Virus record (IMG/VR): IMGVR_UViG_3300045110_000277
Span: 1 to 64,000 of that record
Source of the DNA: a virus
Length of the DNA stretch: 64,000 nucleotides
Strand: one strand, 5' to 3'
Shown here: positions 26,642 through 35,498 of the stretch, piece by piece
Numbering within the stretch: the first letter of the stretch is position 1
Layout: each line of letters begins with the position of its first letter
The notes under the pieces: model-generated
The model's input: the letters and a program-made list of their open reading frames with translations, nothing else
What the model was told of the DNA's origin: nothing
The model's database searches: none
Translations under genes and position numbers: made by a program

Positions 26642-27541
26642 ATGTACCAGGACCACTTCGGCTTCCCGCCGCCAGCTCCTGGGGACACGCAGGTCTTCCG
26701 CGCCGGACCGATCTGGGACACCTGGCACAAGCGTCGCGGCGACACGATGCTGTACATCGTCGCCTTCGGCTCGGCCGGCGGCGGGGGCGGCGGCAAGACC
26801 AACGCCATCGGCAACGCGCGAGGCGGCGGCGGCGGGGGCGGCTCGGGCGCCATCATGCGCCTGCTCATCCCGCTCTACCTGGTGCCCGACATCCTGTACG
26901 TCTTCGTCGGCCGGGGCGGCGCCGGTGGCACGCCGGGTAACCCGGGCTCCTCGGGCGACTTCAGCCTGGTCAGCTTCCAGCCGTCCACCTCGCTCGACGT
27001 GCTGGTCAAGACCGGGAACGCGGTGGCCGGCGGCGGGGCGGCCGGCACGACCGGCTCCAACGCTGGTGGCTCGGCCGGCACCATCGCCACGCTGGCGAAC
27101 TGCCCGATGGCCGCCTTCGGCATGGCCAACTTCATCGCCGGGAAGATCGGTGCGGCGTCCGGCGCGAGCACCGGTGCGGCCGGGCTCAACAACACCATCG
27201 CCACCACGCACCAGCTGAACGGCGGTGCGGGCGGCGGCACCACGCCCACCGGCAACACCGAGTTCGCGGGCGGCGACCAGACCGGGGCGGGCATCTTCCC
27301 GACGGTCACCGGCGGCGCGGGTGGCGGCAACCCTGGGCCCGGGGCGGGCGGACTGCTGCTGGACCGCCCGTTCATGTCCTACGGCGGCTCAGGCGGTGGC
27401 ACGGGCGGCGCGGCAGCGACCGTTGGCGGCCGTGGTGGAAACGGTGCCGTCGGCTCCGGCGGTGGCGGCGGTGGCGGGGGTGTCACCGGCGGGACCGGTG
27501 GCTCCGGCGGCGACGGCCTCGTGCTGATGACGAGCTGGTGA
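26642..27541 (+). CDS. Glycine-rich domain protein, paralog 3
   Basis: Same architecture, ends GGDGLVLMTSW. Confidence 0.8.
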   Translation: MYQDHFGFPPPAPGDTQVFRAGPIWDTWHKRRGDTMLYIVAFGSAGGGGGGKTNAIGNARGGGGGGGSGAIMRLLIPLYLVPDILYVFVGRGGAGGTPGNPGSSGDFSLVSFQPSTSLDVLVKTGNAVAGGGAAGTTGSNAGGSAGTIATLANCPMAAFGMANFIAGKIGAASGASTGAAGLNNTIATTHQLNGGAGGGTTPTGNTEFAGGDQTGAGIFPTVTGGAGGGNPGPGAGGLLLDRPFMSYGGSGGGTGGAAATVGGRGGNGAVGSGGGGGGGGVTGGTGGSGGDGLVLMTSW

Positions 27542-27544
27542 GCC

Positions 27545-29434
27545 GTGGCCTTCGGCGGCGATAGCGCCTTCTCCGAGTACCCGTTCGCCGCACAGGCGGC
27601 CGGGCAGCAGCTCACGCGCACCACTTCTGACGACGCGACGGTCAGCGACTCGGTGGCGCGCTCTGTGGTCCTCGCGCGCACTACGTCGGACGCGGTGGGC
27701 TCCATCGCGGCCGTTCCAGCCAACGCGACGATCATCATGGGCGCGGCTGGCTGGATTACCAGCGGCACCGGCAACAGCCACCCCATCGTGATGACCATTC
27801 CGGCCGGGGCCCGGGTCAACGACCGGGTGTACATGGCGTTCGGCGAGAACGGTGGCGTCGCCATTCCCGTTCCGACCGGGTGGCGGCCGATCCTGGTTCC
27901 CGCTGCGTACAACGGCAACATCCTCAGCTGCGCCATCTTCGAGCGGGACGCGCTGCTCGGGGTGGGCGAGGCTGGCTCCACGGTCACCGTCGACATCGGC
28001 CAGAGCCGGGTGCAGATCGGCGTGATCTTCACCAGCGACGGCGACCTGGACGCGGTGAGCGCGGTCAGCAACCAGACCTCGCTGCAGTCCACGAACACGG
28101 TGCCCGCGGTCACCCCGGTCACTGACAACGCGCTGCTGCTGGAGATCGCGTTCCTGGTCTCCACCACGAACGCCCAGACGTACACGAGCACGCCACCGAC
28201 CGGCTACAGCACGCTGTTCGACCAATGCACCTCGAACGCGGGCGCGAACAAGAACATCGAGATCTTCATCGCCAGCAAGCAGCTGTCCGGCCAGAAGACG
28301 ATCTCGCAGGGTCCGACCTTCTCCACCCCGTCGGTGCAGACAGAATCGGTGGTGGTGTCGCTGACGTTGACCCAGGCCGCCAAGGAGCGGGCGGTCGCCA
28401 ACGTCGGCCGGTTCGCCTCGACCAGCGACAACGCCACGGTCAGCGAGACGGCGGTGCGCTCCGCCGAGGTGTACGCCCGCACGACCGCCGACAGCGTGCC
28501 CGTCAGCGAGAGCCTGGCCCGTACTGCACAGGTGTTCAGCCGCACCACGAGTGACTCGGTGGTGGTCTCCGAGGCGCTGTCCAGCCACGTCACGGTGGCC
28601 CGCACCACGGCCGACTCCGTGGTGGTCAGCGAGGCCGCGGTCCGCTCCGCTGACAACTACTCGCGCACGGCCTCCGAGACTGCCACGGTCTCCGAGACGG
28701 TTGCCCGGTCGCTGCTGCAGGCTCGCGCCCCGTCGGACGCCGTGTCCGTCTCGGACACCACCACCCGCGTGGTCGCCCAGTCCCGTACTACCTCGGACAA
28801 CGCCACGGTCTCCGACGTGGCCTCCGGCGTCATCGGCGGCAACCTGCACCTCACGCGCACCGCGTCGGACTCGATCAGCACCAGCGAGTCGGTGGCCCGG
28901 ATCGTCGTCCTGCCCCGCGCGGTGGCCGCTTCGGTGCCCGTCAGCGAGAGCCTGGCCCGCACCGCGCAGGTCTTCGCCCGGTCCACCTCGGACAGCGTGG
29001 CCGTCGTCGAGTCGGCGACCCGCTCGGCCGAGGTCTTCGCTCGCACGAGCTCGGACAGCGTGCCGGTCTCGGATGCCAACGCTCGTTCGCAGCATGACTT
29101 CAGGTCGACTGGGGAGTCGGTCCCGGTCAGTGAGGCGGCGACTCGGGCTTCCCAGGCGTTCGCCCGGACGACGGCCGACACCGCCGTGGGAGCCGCCTCG
29201 GTCTCCTCGCACACCGCCGCGTCGCGCACCACGTCGGACTCGTTCGCGGTCGGCACCAGCACGCCCACCCCGGTGTACGTGCCGTCCATCAAGGATCCGG
29301 AGATCGAGGAGGCCGGCGCCCTGGTTGGCGTCACCACCACGGGCGTGGTGCTCGGCGTGACCACCACGAGCGTGCTGCTCGCATCGCCCACGCTCGGCGC
29401 CGATATCGACCCCATCGACACGATGACTCGCTGA
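27545..29434 (+). CDS. Fibre-like virion protein with ~20-21-aa ARTTSDSVxVSE repeats
   Basis: About 15 repeats, mostly in 28400-29260, flanking a globular beta domain. Confidence 0.7.
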   Translation: MAFGGDSAFSEYPFAAQAAGQQLTRTTSDDATVSDSVARSVVLARTTSDAVGSIAAVPANATIIMGAAGWITSGTGNSHPIVMTIPAGARVNDRVYMAFGENGGVAIPVPTGWRPILVPAAYNGNILSCAIFERDALLGVGEAGSTVTVDIGQSRVQIGVIFTSDGDLDAVSAVSNQTSLQSTNTVPAVTPVTDNALLLEIAFLVSTTNAQTYTSTPPTGYSTLFDQCTSNAGANKNIEIFIASKQLSGQKTISQGPTFSTPSVQTESVVVSLTLTQAAKERAVANVGRFASTSDNATVSETAVRSAEVYARTTADSVPVSESLARTAQVFSRTTSDSVVVSEALSSHVTVARTTADSVVVSEAAVRSADNYSRTASETATVSETVARSLLQARAPSDAVSVSDTTTRVVAQSRTTSDNATVSDVASGVIGGNLHLTRTASDSISTSESVARIVVLPRAVAASVPVSESLARTAQVFARSTSDSVAVVESATRSAEVFARTSSDSVPVSDANARSQHDFRSTGESVPVSEAATRASQAFARTTADTAVGAASVSSHTAASRTTSDSFAVGTSTPTPVYVPSIKDPEIEEAGALVGVTTTGVVLGVTTTSVLLASPTLGADIDPIDTMTR

Positions 29435-29443
29435 GAGGCTGCG

Positions 29444-29806
29444 ATGACCGTCCAGACCGTCCACATGAAGCAGAACGACCTGCTTCCGCAGCTCCAGGCG
29501 ACCCTGACCAGCACCGACCCGATCACGGGCGTGGTGTCCAACGTCGACCTGACCACGGCCACGTTGATCCACTTCTACATGAAGAACGCGATCAGCGGAC
29601 TGAAGGTCTCGGCGCTGGCGGTGCGCGCGGTGGACCAGTCGGTCGACACCGGGCAGGTCACGTACACCTGGCAGGGCACCGACACCGACACGGCCGGGAA
29701 GTTCCAGGGCGAGTTCGAGGTGGTCTGGGCGAGCGGTAAGCGGGAGACGTTCCCGAACGACAGCTACTTCATCATCAACATCCACGCCGACCTCGGGAAC
29801 GCCTGA
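29444..29806 (+). CDS. BppU-like N-terminal domain protein
   Basis: MKQNDLLPQLQATL...VDLT...G.VTYTW...DTDTAG...EFEV...ETFPN. Confidence 0.7.
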   Translation: MTVQTVHMKQNDLLPQLQATLTSTDPITGVVSNVDLTTATLIHFYMKNAISGLKVSALAVRAVDQSVDTGQVTYTWQGTDTDTAGKFQGEFEVVWASGKRETFPNDSYFIINIHADLGNA

Positions 29807-29826
29807 TGGCGCAGAACTTGCGCCAC

Positions 29827-29853
29827 CAGTTCCCTGCCGTCCCGAGCCGATGA
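29827..29853 (+). promoter_or_regulatory. Putative sigma28/WhiG-type promoter (neck operon)
   Basis: CAGTT-N14-GCCGATGA, ATG 7 nt downstream. Confidence 0.7.
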
Positions 29854-29860
29854 GGAAGCC

Positions 29861-30409
29861 ATGACCACACTCGCTCCGCTGATCCCGGCGCTCAAGCGCG
29901 AGGTGTCAGGACCCGGTGAGTTCGACGCCGACTTCCCGTCCTCCGACGACGGCGAGCTGCTCGGCGGACTCGCGGATGCCTTCGGCCAGGCCCAGCTCGA
30001 CGGCTTCTTCGGCACGGTCACTCTCGACCTGGTGACGGTGGAGACCGACAAGGACCTGAGCATCGCCGCACAGCAGCTGGTGGTCATCTACGCGGGCGAG
30101 CGCATCCTGCGCAGCAAGCTCCGCAACCTGAACACCAAGACGCTGTACAAGGCTGGCGGCGTGGAGTACGCGACGGAGAACAGCGCCGGCGCGATCACCC
30201 AGCTGCTCAAGGACATCCAGGCGCGCAAGCAGCAGCTGCTCGACCAGATCCTGCGGATCGGCCGGGCGCAGAACGCGGTCCACGTCACCGACGGCTACCT
30301 GATCCGCAGCCAGGGCTACTTCCCGCTGGGGATGTGGGGCGAGTTCGGCGGGTTCTTCGGCTACGAGATCGGCGGCCTCGGCGGCTCGATGACTGGCCTT
30401 CTGTTCTGA
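29861..30409 (+). CDS. Head-tail adaptor (putative)
   Basis: Synteny; helical protein ahead of the neck/tail genes. Confidence 0.5.
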   Translation: MTTLAPLIPALKREVSGPGEFDADFPSSDDGELLGGLADAFGQAQLDGFFGTVTLDLVTVETDKDLSIAAQQLVVIYAGERILRSKLRNLNTKTLYKAGGVEYATENSAGAITQLLKDIQARKQQLLDQILRIGRAQNAVHVTDGYLIRSQGYFPLGMWGEFGGFFGYEIGGLGGSMTGLLF

Positions 30410-30439
30410 GACGTGCGACGACGCGAGGCGGTGAGGTAG

Positions 30440-30886
30440 ATGGCGAACCCTGGGATCTCGGGCTTCGACGCTGCTGCCGTGCGCGCTGGGCTCCGTCTGG
30501 CCATGCAGGTGGGGCTGCCCATCACGGCGTCCGAGCGGCCGACCTTCTTCATGCCGCAGACCGTCACCGCCACCGGCCACAACCTGGACGGCTCCAAGGT
30601 GCCGTTCGACCCGACGGTGCAGCCCACCAGGTCCGCGCGCCAGACGCACCAGGTGCCGTGCGCCATCGAGTACGCCGATGGCACCGGGAAGATTGCGGCG
30701 CTCGGGATCATCGACCCGGCGACCGTGGTGCTGACGCTGCTCGACGAGGACTACGCGACCGTGCGGGGCTTCGAGTTCGTCGTCATCACCGGCCAGAAGT
30801 TCTTCTACCGCAGCACGGAGCCGGGCCAGGGCCTGGTGGATGTGGGCATCTGGCGCGTCCGCTGCGTCTCGGAGGATGAGGGATGA
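30440..30886 (+). CDS. Head closure/stopper protein (putative)
   Basis: Synteny, beta-rich. Confidence 0.45.
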   Translation: MANPGISGFDAAAVRAGLRLAMQVGLPITASERPTFFMPQTVTATGHNLDGSKVPFDPTVQPTRSARQTHQVPCAIEYADGTGKIAALGIIDPATVVLTLLDEDYATVRGFEFVVITGQKFFYRSTEPGQGLVDVGIWRVRCVSEDEG

Positions 30887-31422
30887 GCTACATCCGCGGC
30901 CAGGAGCGCATGGTCATCCAGACGACCATCGACTACGTGACGGCCAGCCTGACCACGCTGGGCTGGTTCCTGACGGCCGGCTCGCTGCCGTACGGCGCGC
31001 AGTACCCGGTGCAGATCGTCGACGACCTGCCCGACCTGGAGAAGGCCATCGCGCCGAACACCGTGTCCATCGTGGAGGGCAAGACCCTCGACGACGAGCC
31101 TGGCGAGCTGGGTGCGTCCGGTGGCGGTCTACACCTGACCAAGCAGGTCATCTTCGTGGACGTGTTCGGCGAGAACATCGGCATGGCCAAGGCCATCGCC
31201 GCCGACGTGCGCGCGATCCTGACCGGCAAGCTGGACAGCCCGGTGACCAGCCGCTTCCAGGTGCTCAAGGACTACTCGGTCAACCCCGCGGTGGGCACGA
31301 CCGCGCTGATCGAGTACCAGGACATCGAGATGGACCGCCCGCTCAACCAGGAGTTCCAGAAGACCTGGATGACGCTGCACGTCACCGCGGAGCTCCAGTG
31401 GACGGGGCACGAGCACTCGTGA
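30883..31422 (+). CDS. Tail terminator/completion protein (putative)
   Basis: IFVDVFG......IAADVRAIL pattern; synteny. Confidence 0.5.
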   Translation: MSYIRGQERMVIQTTIDYVTASLTTLGWFLTAGSLPYGAQYPVQIVDDLPDLEKAIAPNTVSIVEGKTLDDEPGELGASGGGLHLTKQVIFVDVFGENIGMAKAIAADVRAILTGKLDSPVTSRFQVLKDYSVNPAVGTTALIEYQDIEMDRPLNQEFQKTWMTLHVTAELQWTGHEHS

Positions 31423-31709
31423 GCGCAGGCAGCTACGCGCAGAAGGTGGCGGTCGAGCAGCGCAAGCGGCTCGTCGGCTCGGTCATGGCCATGGTCGAGC
31501 GGGACGTGTACCCGCACCTGCCAGCGGACGTTCGCACCGCCTTCAGGAACAAGCTGCTGCAGTCCGTCGGGGTCTACCACGACTTCGTGCTGGACAGCCT
31601 GAAGGCCGCCATCGAGGACAGCGACACCACGCTGAACGAGGCGGTCATCGAGGCCCTCGGTGAGCTGGCCAACGAGACCCGGATGCTGCGCGAGCTGAGG
31701 GAGGGCTGA
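31419..31709 (+). CDS. Hypothetical helical protein
   Basis: GTGA/TGATG coupling on both sides. Confidence 0.65.
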   Translation: MSAGSYAQKVAVEQRKRLVGSVMAMVERDVYPHLPADVRTAFRNKLLQSVGVYHDFVLDSLKAAIEDSDTTLNEAVIEALGELANETRMLRELREG

Positions 31710-32524
31710 TGGCGAACGCTGGGTCGTTCACCACCGGCACCGGCCCGCGCTCGGGCTCGGCCAACCGGGCCAAGCAGCTGAGCTGGGGCGTCGGCAACTA
31801 CGAGTTCCTGGACTCCGAGGCGTCCAAGGTCAACCTGTACTGGCGGGCCATCGAGTACGGCTCCGACGTGATGGTCGGCCGGTTCCTGGGCGGTGGCTGG
31901 GCCGGGGCCGGCGGCGGTCGGGGCGCTCGGCACGGCCAGGAGCTGACCGCCTTCGGCGAGGGCTCCGGCCAGCAGTTCATCCCGTACTCGGCCACGATGC
32001 GGACCTTCGAGGATGCCCTGCACTCGGCGCGGGCCGCTCGTGAGGTGATGCGCGCCCAGGGCGCCCACTTCGGCGGCCGCACCGGCAAGGTCGGTAAGGG
32101 CAACCCGGGCCCCTCGACGCTGGGCCTCATCACCAAGCCCATCGAGGCCCACGAGGCGTACGCCAAGGCGTTCAAGGAGTTCGACGTGGTGGCCCAGGAG
32201 CGGGAGGCCATCTACGCGGTCTTCGGGACCATCGTCCGGCAGGCCCAGACCCGCAGCGCCCCGCAGTACAAGGTCGGGGTCGCCAACATCCCGAACTTCA
32301 TGACCGTCTCGGTGCTGTCCAGCATCAACCTGAAGAAGCTGGCCAACGACATGACCAGCGACGCCATCGGGTCCTTCTCCGAGCGGCTCACCGCGGTCCA
32401 TCGGGAGCTGGCCATCCGGCTCCAGGAGCTGGTGGCCTCCAACCTCGTGCTCGTCCGACCGGGCGTGTCCAGCGGCCAGCTGAGGAGGGCGGTCCTCGAC
32501 CCGCGAAACCGCTTCCCGCAGTAG
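31709..32524 (+). CDS. Neck/tail completion-type protein (putative)
   Basis: YWRAIEYGS motif; directly upstream of the tail tube gene. Confidence 0.5.
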   Translation: MANAGSFTTGTGPRSGSANRAKQLSWGVGNYEFLDSEASKVNLYWRAIEYGSDVMVGRFLGGGWAGAGGGRGARHGQELTAFGEGSGQQFIPYSATMRTFEDALHSARAAREVMRAQGAHFGGRTGKVGKGNPGPSTLGLITKPIEAHEAYAKAFKEFDVVAQEREAIYAVFGTIVRQAQTRSAPQYKVGVANIPNFMTVSVLSSINLKKLANDMTSDAIGSFSERLTAVHRELAIRLQELVASNLVLVRPGVSSGQLRRAVLDPRNRFPQ

Positions 32525-32531
32525 CCGGGCC

Positions 32532-32558
32532 AAGTTCGATCCCCGACTCCGCCGAAAC
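32532..32558 (+). promoter_or_regulatory. Putative sigma28/WhiG-type promoter for the tail tube gene
   Basis: AAGTT-N14-GCCGAAAC followed by AAGGAGG RBS. Confidence 0.65.
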
Positions 32559-32578
32559 CCCCTCCAAGGAGGCCACAG

Positions 32579-34237
32579 ATGGCGATCAAGGCTGGCAACA
32601 TCGTCCACGTCGGTAACGACACGTACCTGATCAACCGCATCCAGACGGGCGGTCCCGGCCAGGTCAACATCAAGCGCGAGACGGTCCGAGAGGTCGGCAA
32701 CTACCTCTCGGTCGGTCAGGTCGTGGACACTCCCGACCTGTCCTTCTCGCTGGAGTCCTACGACGTGAGCTGCGCCCTGGAGGCGCTGATGCTCGACGAG
32801 GACCCGACGATCACCCACACGTACGACCTCTCCGCCGCCGTGCCCCTGAACATCAAGGGCGCGTTCAAGGGCGGGCTGACGGCGACCTCCCCGTACGCCA
32901 CGGTCGACTCGGTGGCCATCCCGTACCTCCTGCTGGAGTCGATGGCCTACAAGTTCGGGCTCAAGACCGACGCCAGCCAGACGGCCACCCTGAAGGGTGA
33001 CTCGATCTACTACAACCCGGGCTCGACGTACATCGAGTCTGCGGCCGGTCTCGGCCAGCCCGCGGTGGCCACGGTCACCAACAAGGCGCTGACCTCCAAC
33101 GTCGCCACGCTGACGGTGGGCTCCTCGCACGGCATCGCGGTCGGCCACGTCATCACGGTGGCCGGCGTCGACTCCACGTTCAACGGGACCAACCTGGTCG
33201 TGACCGCGGTGGCCTCCACCACGATCAGCTACGCGGTCGTCCACGCGAACGTCGGCTCGACGGGCGCCTCGGGCACGGTCACCACGACCGGCCAGGAGAT
33301 CGTCACGGCGCACGCGGCCTACGCGGTCACCGAGGGCGGCGTCGTCCGGCGCACGCTGTCGGTGGGCACCAAGACCCGCCGGCTGAACCTGGGCACCGAC
33401 TACACCGAGACCTACGGCGGCGTCACCGCCGAGGCCGCGGTGACCACGGTCCACACCATCGGGGCTCTGGCGGCCACCGACCGGCTGCGCATCATGTACG
33501 CCTCGCCCACGGTCGAGTCGTTCCTGCAGACGGTCCACGCGGTTGTCACGGGCACGGCGGGCACCATCACCGGGGCCACCTCGGTGTCGGGCACCAGCCT
33601 CCTGGTCAACGCGACCGCGCTGTACGCCGTCGGCGACGTGATCATCATCGACGACGGGCTGGGCACGGTCGAGCTGGTCAAGGTGTCGGCCATCTCCGGG
33701 ACGGTGGGTGCGCAGACGCTGACCGTCTCCGCGCTGACCCAGAACCACCTCGACGGGGCGGCCATCGCCACGTACGTGCCGACCGTCCGCCCGGCCGCGA
33801 TCCGTGGGCGCGACATCGACGTGTACATCAACAGCGTCAAGAAGATCAGCGTCCAGAGCGTGGACCTGACCTGGAAGGTGACGCTGGAGCCGGACGAGGA
33901 GTTCGGCAACTACCACTACGTCGACCAGGACTTCGAGGTCCCCGACGTGTCCGGCACCATCGACTTCAAGCCGCGTGACGCCGCGGAGATGCTGGCCCTG
34001 ATGCAGCAGCTCGCGGGTGTCACCGACGCGCTGCAGTCGGCGCCGGCCACCTCGGCCCCCGCGATCCGCGTGGACATCTGCCTGAAGAACCCGGTCGACG
34101 GCCGGATCCTCAAGCGGCTGATGGTGCCGGACGCACGGTTCGACATGCCCGGCTACTCCGCGAAGGTCCTGCAGAAGCTGGACTTCTCGGCGAAGTTCAC
34201 GTCCGACACCGGAGCCCTGACGGTCTCCGACAGCTGA
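32579..34237 (+). CDS. Major tail tube protein with inserted accessory beta-domains
   Basis: Strong RBS; position before chaperone and tape measure; two tube-like halves plus an LTSNV domain insert. Confidence 0.65.
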   Translation: MAIKAGNIVHVGNDTYLINRIQTGGPGQVNIKRETVREVGNYLSVGQVVDTPDLSFSLESYDVSCALEALMLDEDPTITHTYDLSAAVPLNIKGAFKGGLTATSPYATVDSVAIPYLLLESMAYKFGLKTDASQTATLKGDSIYYNPGSTYIESAAGLGQPAVATVTNKALTSNVATLTVGSSHGIAVGHVITVAGVDSTFNGTNLVVTAVASTTISYAVVHANVGSTGASGTVTTTGQEIVTAHAAYAVTEGGVVRRTLSVGTKTRRLNLGTDYTETYGGVTAEAAVTTVHTIGALAATDRLRIMYASPTVESFLQTVHAVVTGTAGTITGATSVSGTSLLVNATALYAVGDVIIIDDGLGTVELVKVSAISGTVGAQTLTVSALTQNHLDGAAIATYVPTVRPAAIRGRDIDVYINSVKKISVQSVDLTWKVTLEPDEEFGNYHYVDQDFEVPDVSGTIDFKPRDAAEMLALMQQLAGVTDALQSAPATSAPAIRVDICLKNPVDGRILKRLMVPDARFDMPGYSAKVLQKLDFSAKFTSDTGALTVSDS

Positions 34238-34362
34238 TCTCGACGACGGCCGGGTGCGACCGGCCGTTGGCACCACCACTGGAACTGGATGAGCGGCCGG
34301 GCCCCTTTGAAGCTGGGGGCTCGGCCGCTGCCCTAAGGGGCTGGACCCGAGACAGGAGAGCC

Positions 34363-35235
34363 ATGAGCACAGACTTCGCCCGGCTGACCGACCTCTTTCA
34401 GGAGGGCACGGTCCTGGAGCTGTCCAAGGGCGAGCAGACCATCACGGTCTGGATCAACAAGCTGAGCCCCTTCGAGATGGAGGAGGCCCGCCAGGACGGC
34501 CGCGTGGCGCGAGCCCGGCTGGTGCTGGCGCTGAAGGAGATCGGCTCCCCGGAGTACGTGCTGTTCCGGTCCTCGATGGACGACATCTCCGACGAGGCGC
34601 TGATCCACACGCTGCTGGAGGCCCGCTCCAACGAGTGGGTCGCGCAGGCGGTCCGCGACATCCGCTCCGACAAGGACTGGACCGAGCGAGTCGAGGTGAT
34701 CGAGCAGTCCAGCGAGCTGGTGGGGCGCCCGGCCGACGACCCCGAGGTCAAGCTGATGTCGAAGTTGGCCGTGGAGTACACCGAGCACGTCCAGCAGATG
34801 GCTGCGGACTCCCGCGAGGAGGAGAGGGCGGTGCTGCTGGGCGCCTCCCGGGCCCAGCTGGAAGCCAAGTACGAGGAGTCGTACCTGGAACAGCGCGGGC
34901 TGACTGCGTTCACCGTCGAGTACCAGCGCACCGAGGTCTTCCACGCCGTCCGCGAGTGCAAGGCGACCAGGCGCGACGACACGTGGGACCACGACCTGTG
35001 CAACCACAACCAGCGGGTGTGCGCGAACCGGGAGGCGGTGGCGCAGCTGCCCGAGCGGGTCTGGCAGCTGATCCGGCAGGCCATCGTCGAGCTGAACATG
35101 CCCGTGGACGTTGCCCGTTTCATGGCCGCTCCGGCGAGTTCCTCCGCCTCGTTGGAGCAGCCAAGCGAAGCGGTGGAGGAGTCCACAGCCTCTATCCCGG
35201 AGGAGACCCCCGTCGAGCCGGCTGGGATCTCGTAA
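34363..35235 (+). CDS. Tail assembly chaperone (G-like)
   Basis: Between tail tube and tape measure; S/E/P low-complexity tail. Confidence 0.65.
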   Translation: MSTDFARLTDLFQEGTVLELSKGEQTITVWINKLSPFEMEEARQDGRVARARLVLALKEIGSPEYVLFRSSMDDISDEALIHTLLEARSNEWVAQAVRDIRSDKDWTERVEVIEQSSELVGRPADDPEVKLMSKLAVEYTEHVQQMAADSREEERAVLLGASRAQLEAKYEESYLEQRGLTAFTVEYQRTEVFHAVRECKATRRDDTWDHDLCNHNQRVCANREAVAQLPERVWQLIRQAIVELNMPVDVARFMAAPASSSASLEQPSEAVEESTASIPEETPVEPAGIS

Positions 35236-35450
35236 CCGCCGCCAACGAAGCACTTCTGATCTTGGGGTACTGGGAGGTCCCCGAAGACGAGCAGCCACCG
35301 ATGGAGCTGTACGGCAACGACGACCGGCTAGCCCAGTGGTGGGAGGACGTGAAGGCGATCCGGGCCGAGAAGTACAAGACGCCGGGCAAGGAACCGCTCG
35401 AAGAAGTGCCCCTGATGCAGAACGAGCTGGAACTGCCGAAGTTCTGGTAG
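35113..35450 (+). CDS. -1 frame extension of the tail assembly chaperone (GT-like)
   Basis: Overlapping -1 frame with no good RBS/start, protein-like C-part ending at the tape measure; start approximate. Confidence 0.55.
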
Positions 35451-35498
35451 CGGAGCAGACGCCAACGACCGTTGGCACCGAGACGAGGAGGTGACTGG

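Noticed and set aside
24743-27541. Diversity-generating retroelement or PE-PGRS genes
   Set aside because: No reverse transcriptase, no adenine-specific TR/VR pair and no PE domain
31574-34279. 901-aa minus-strand ORF (also 37617-40190, 27389-29785, 40431-42899, 52740-54755 and similar)
   Set aside because: Antisense shadows of high-GC3 plus-strand genes: R/G/V/H-rich, no motifs, no RBS
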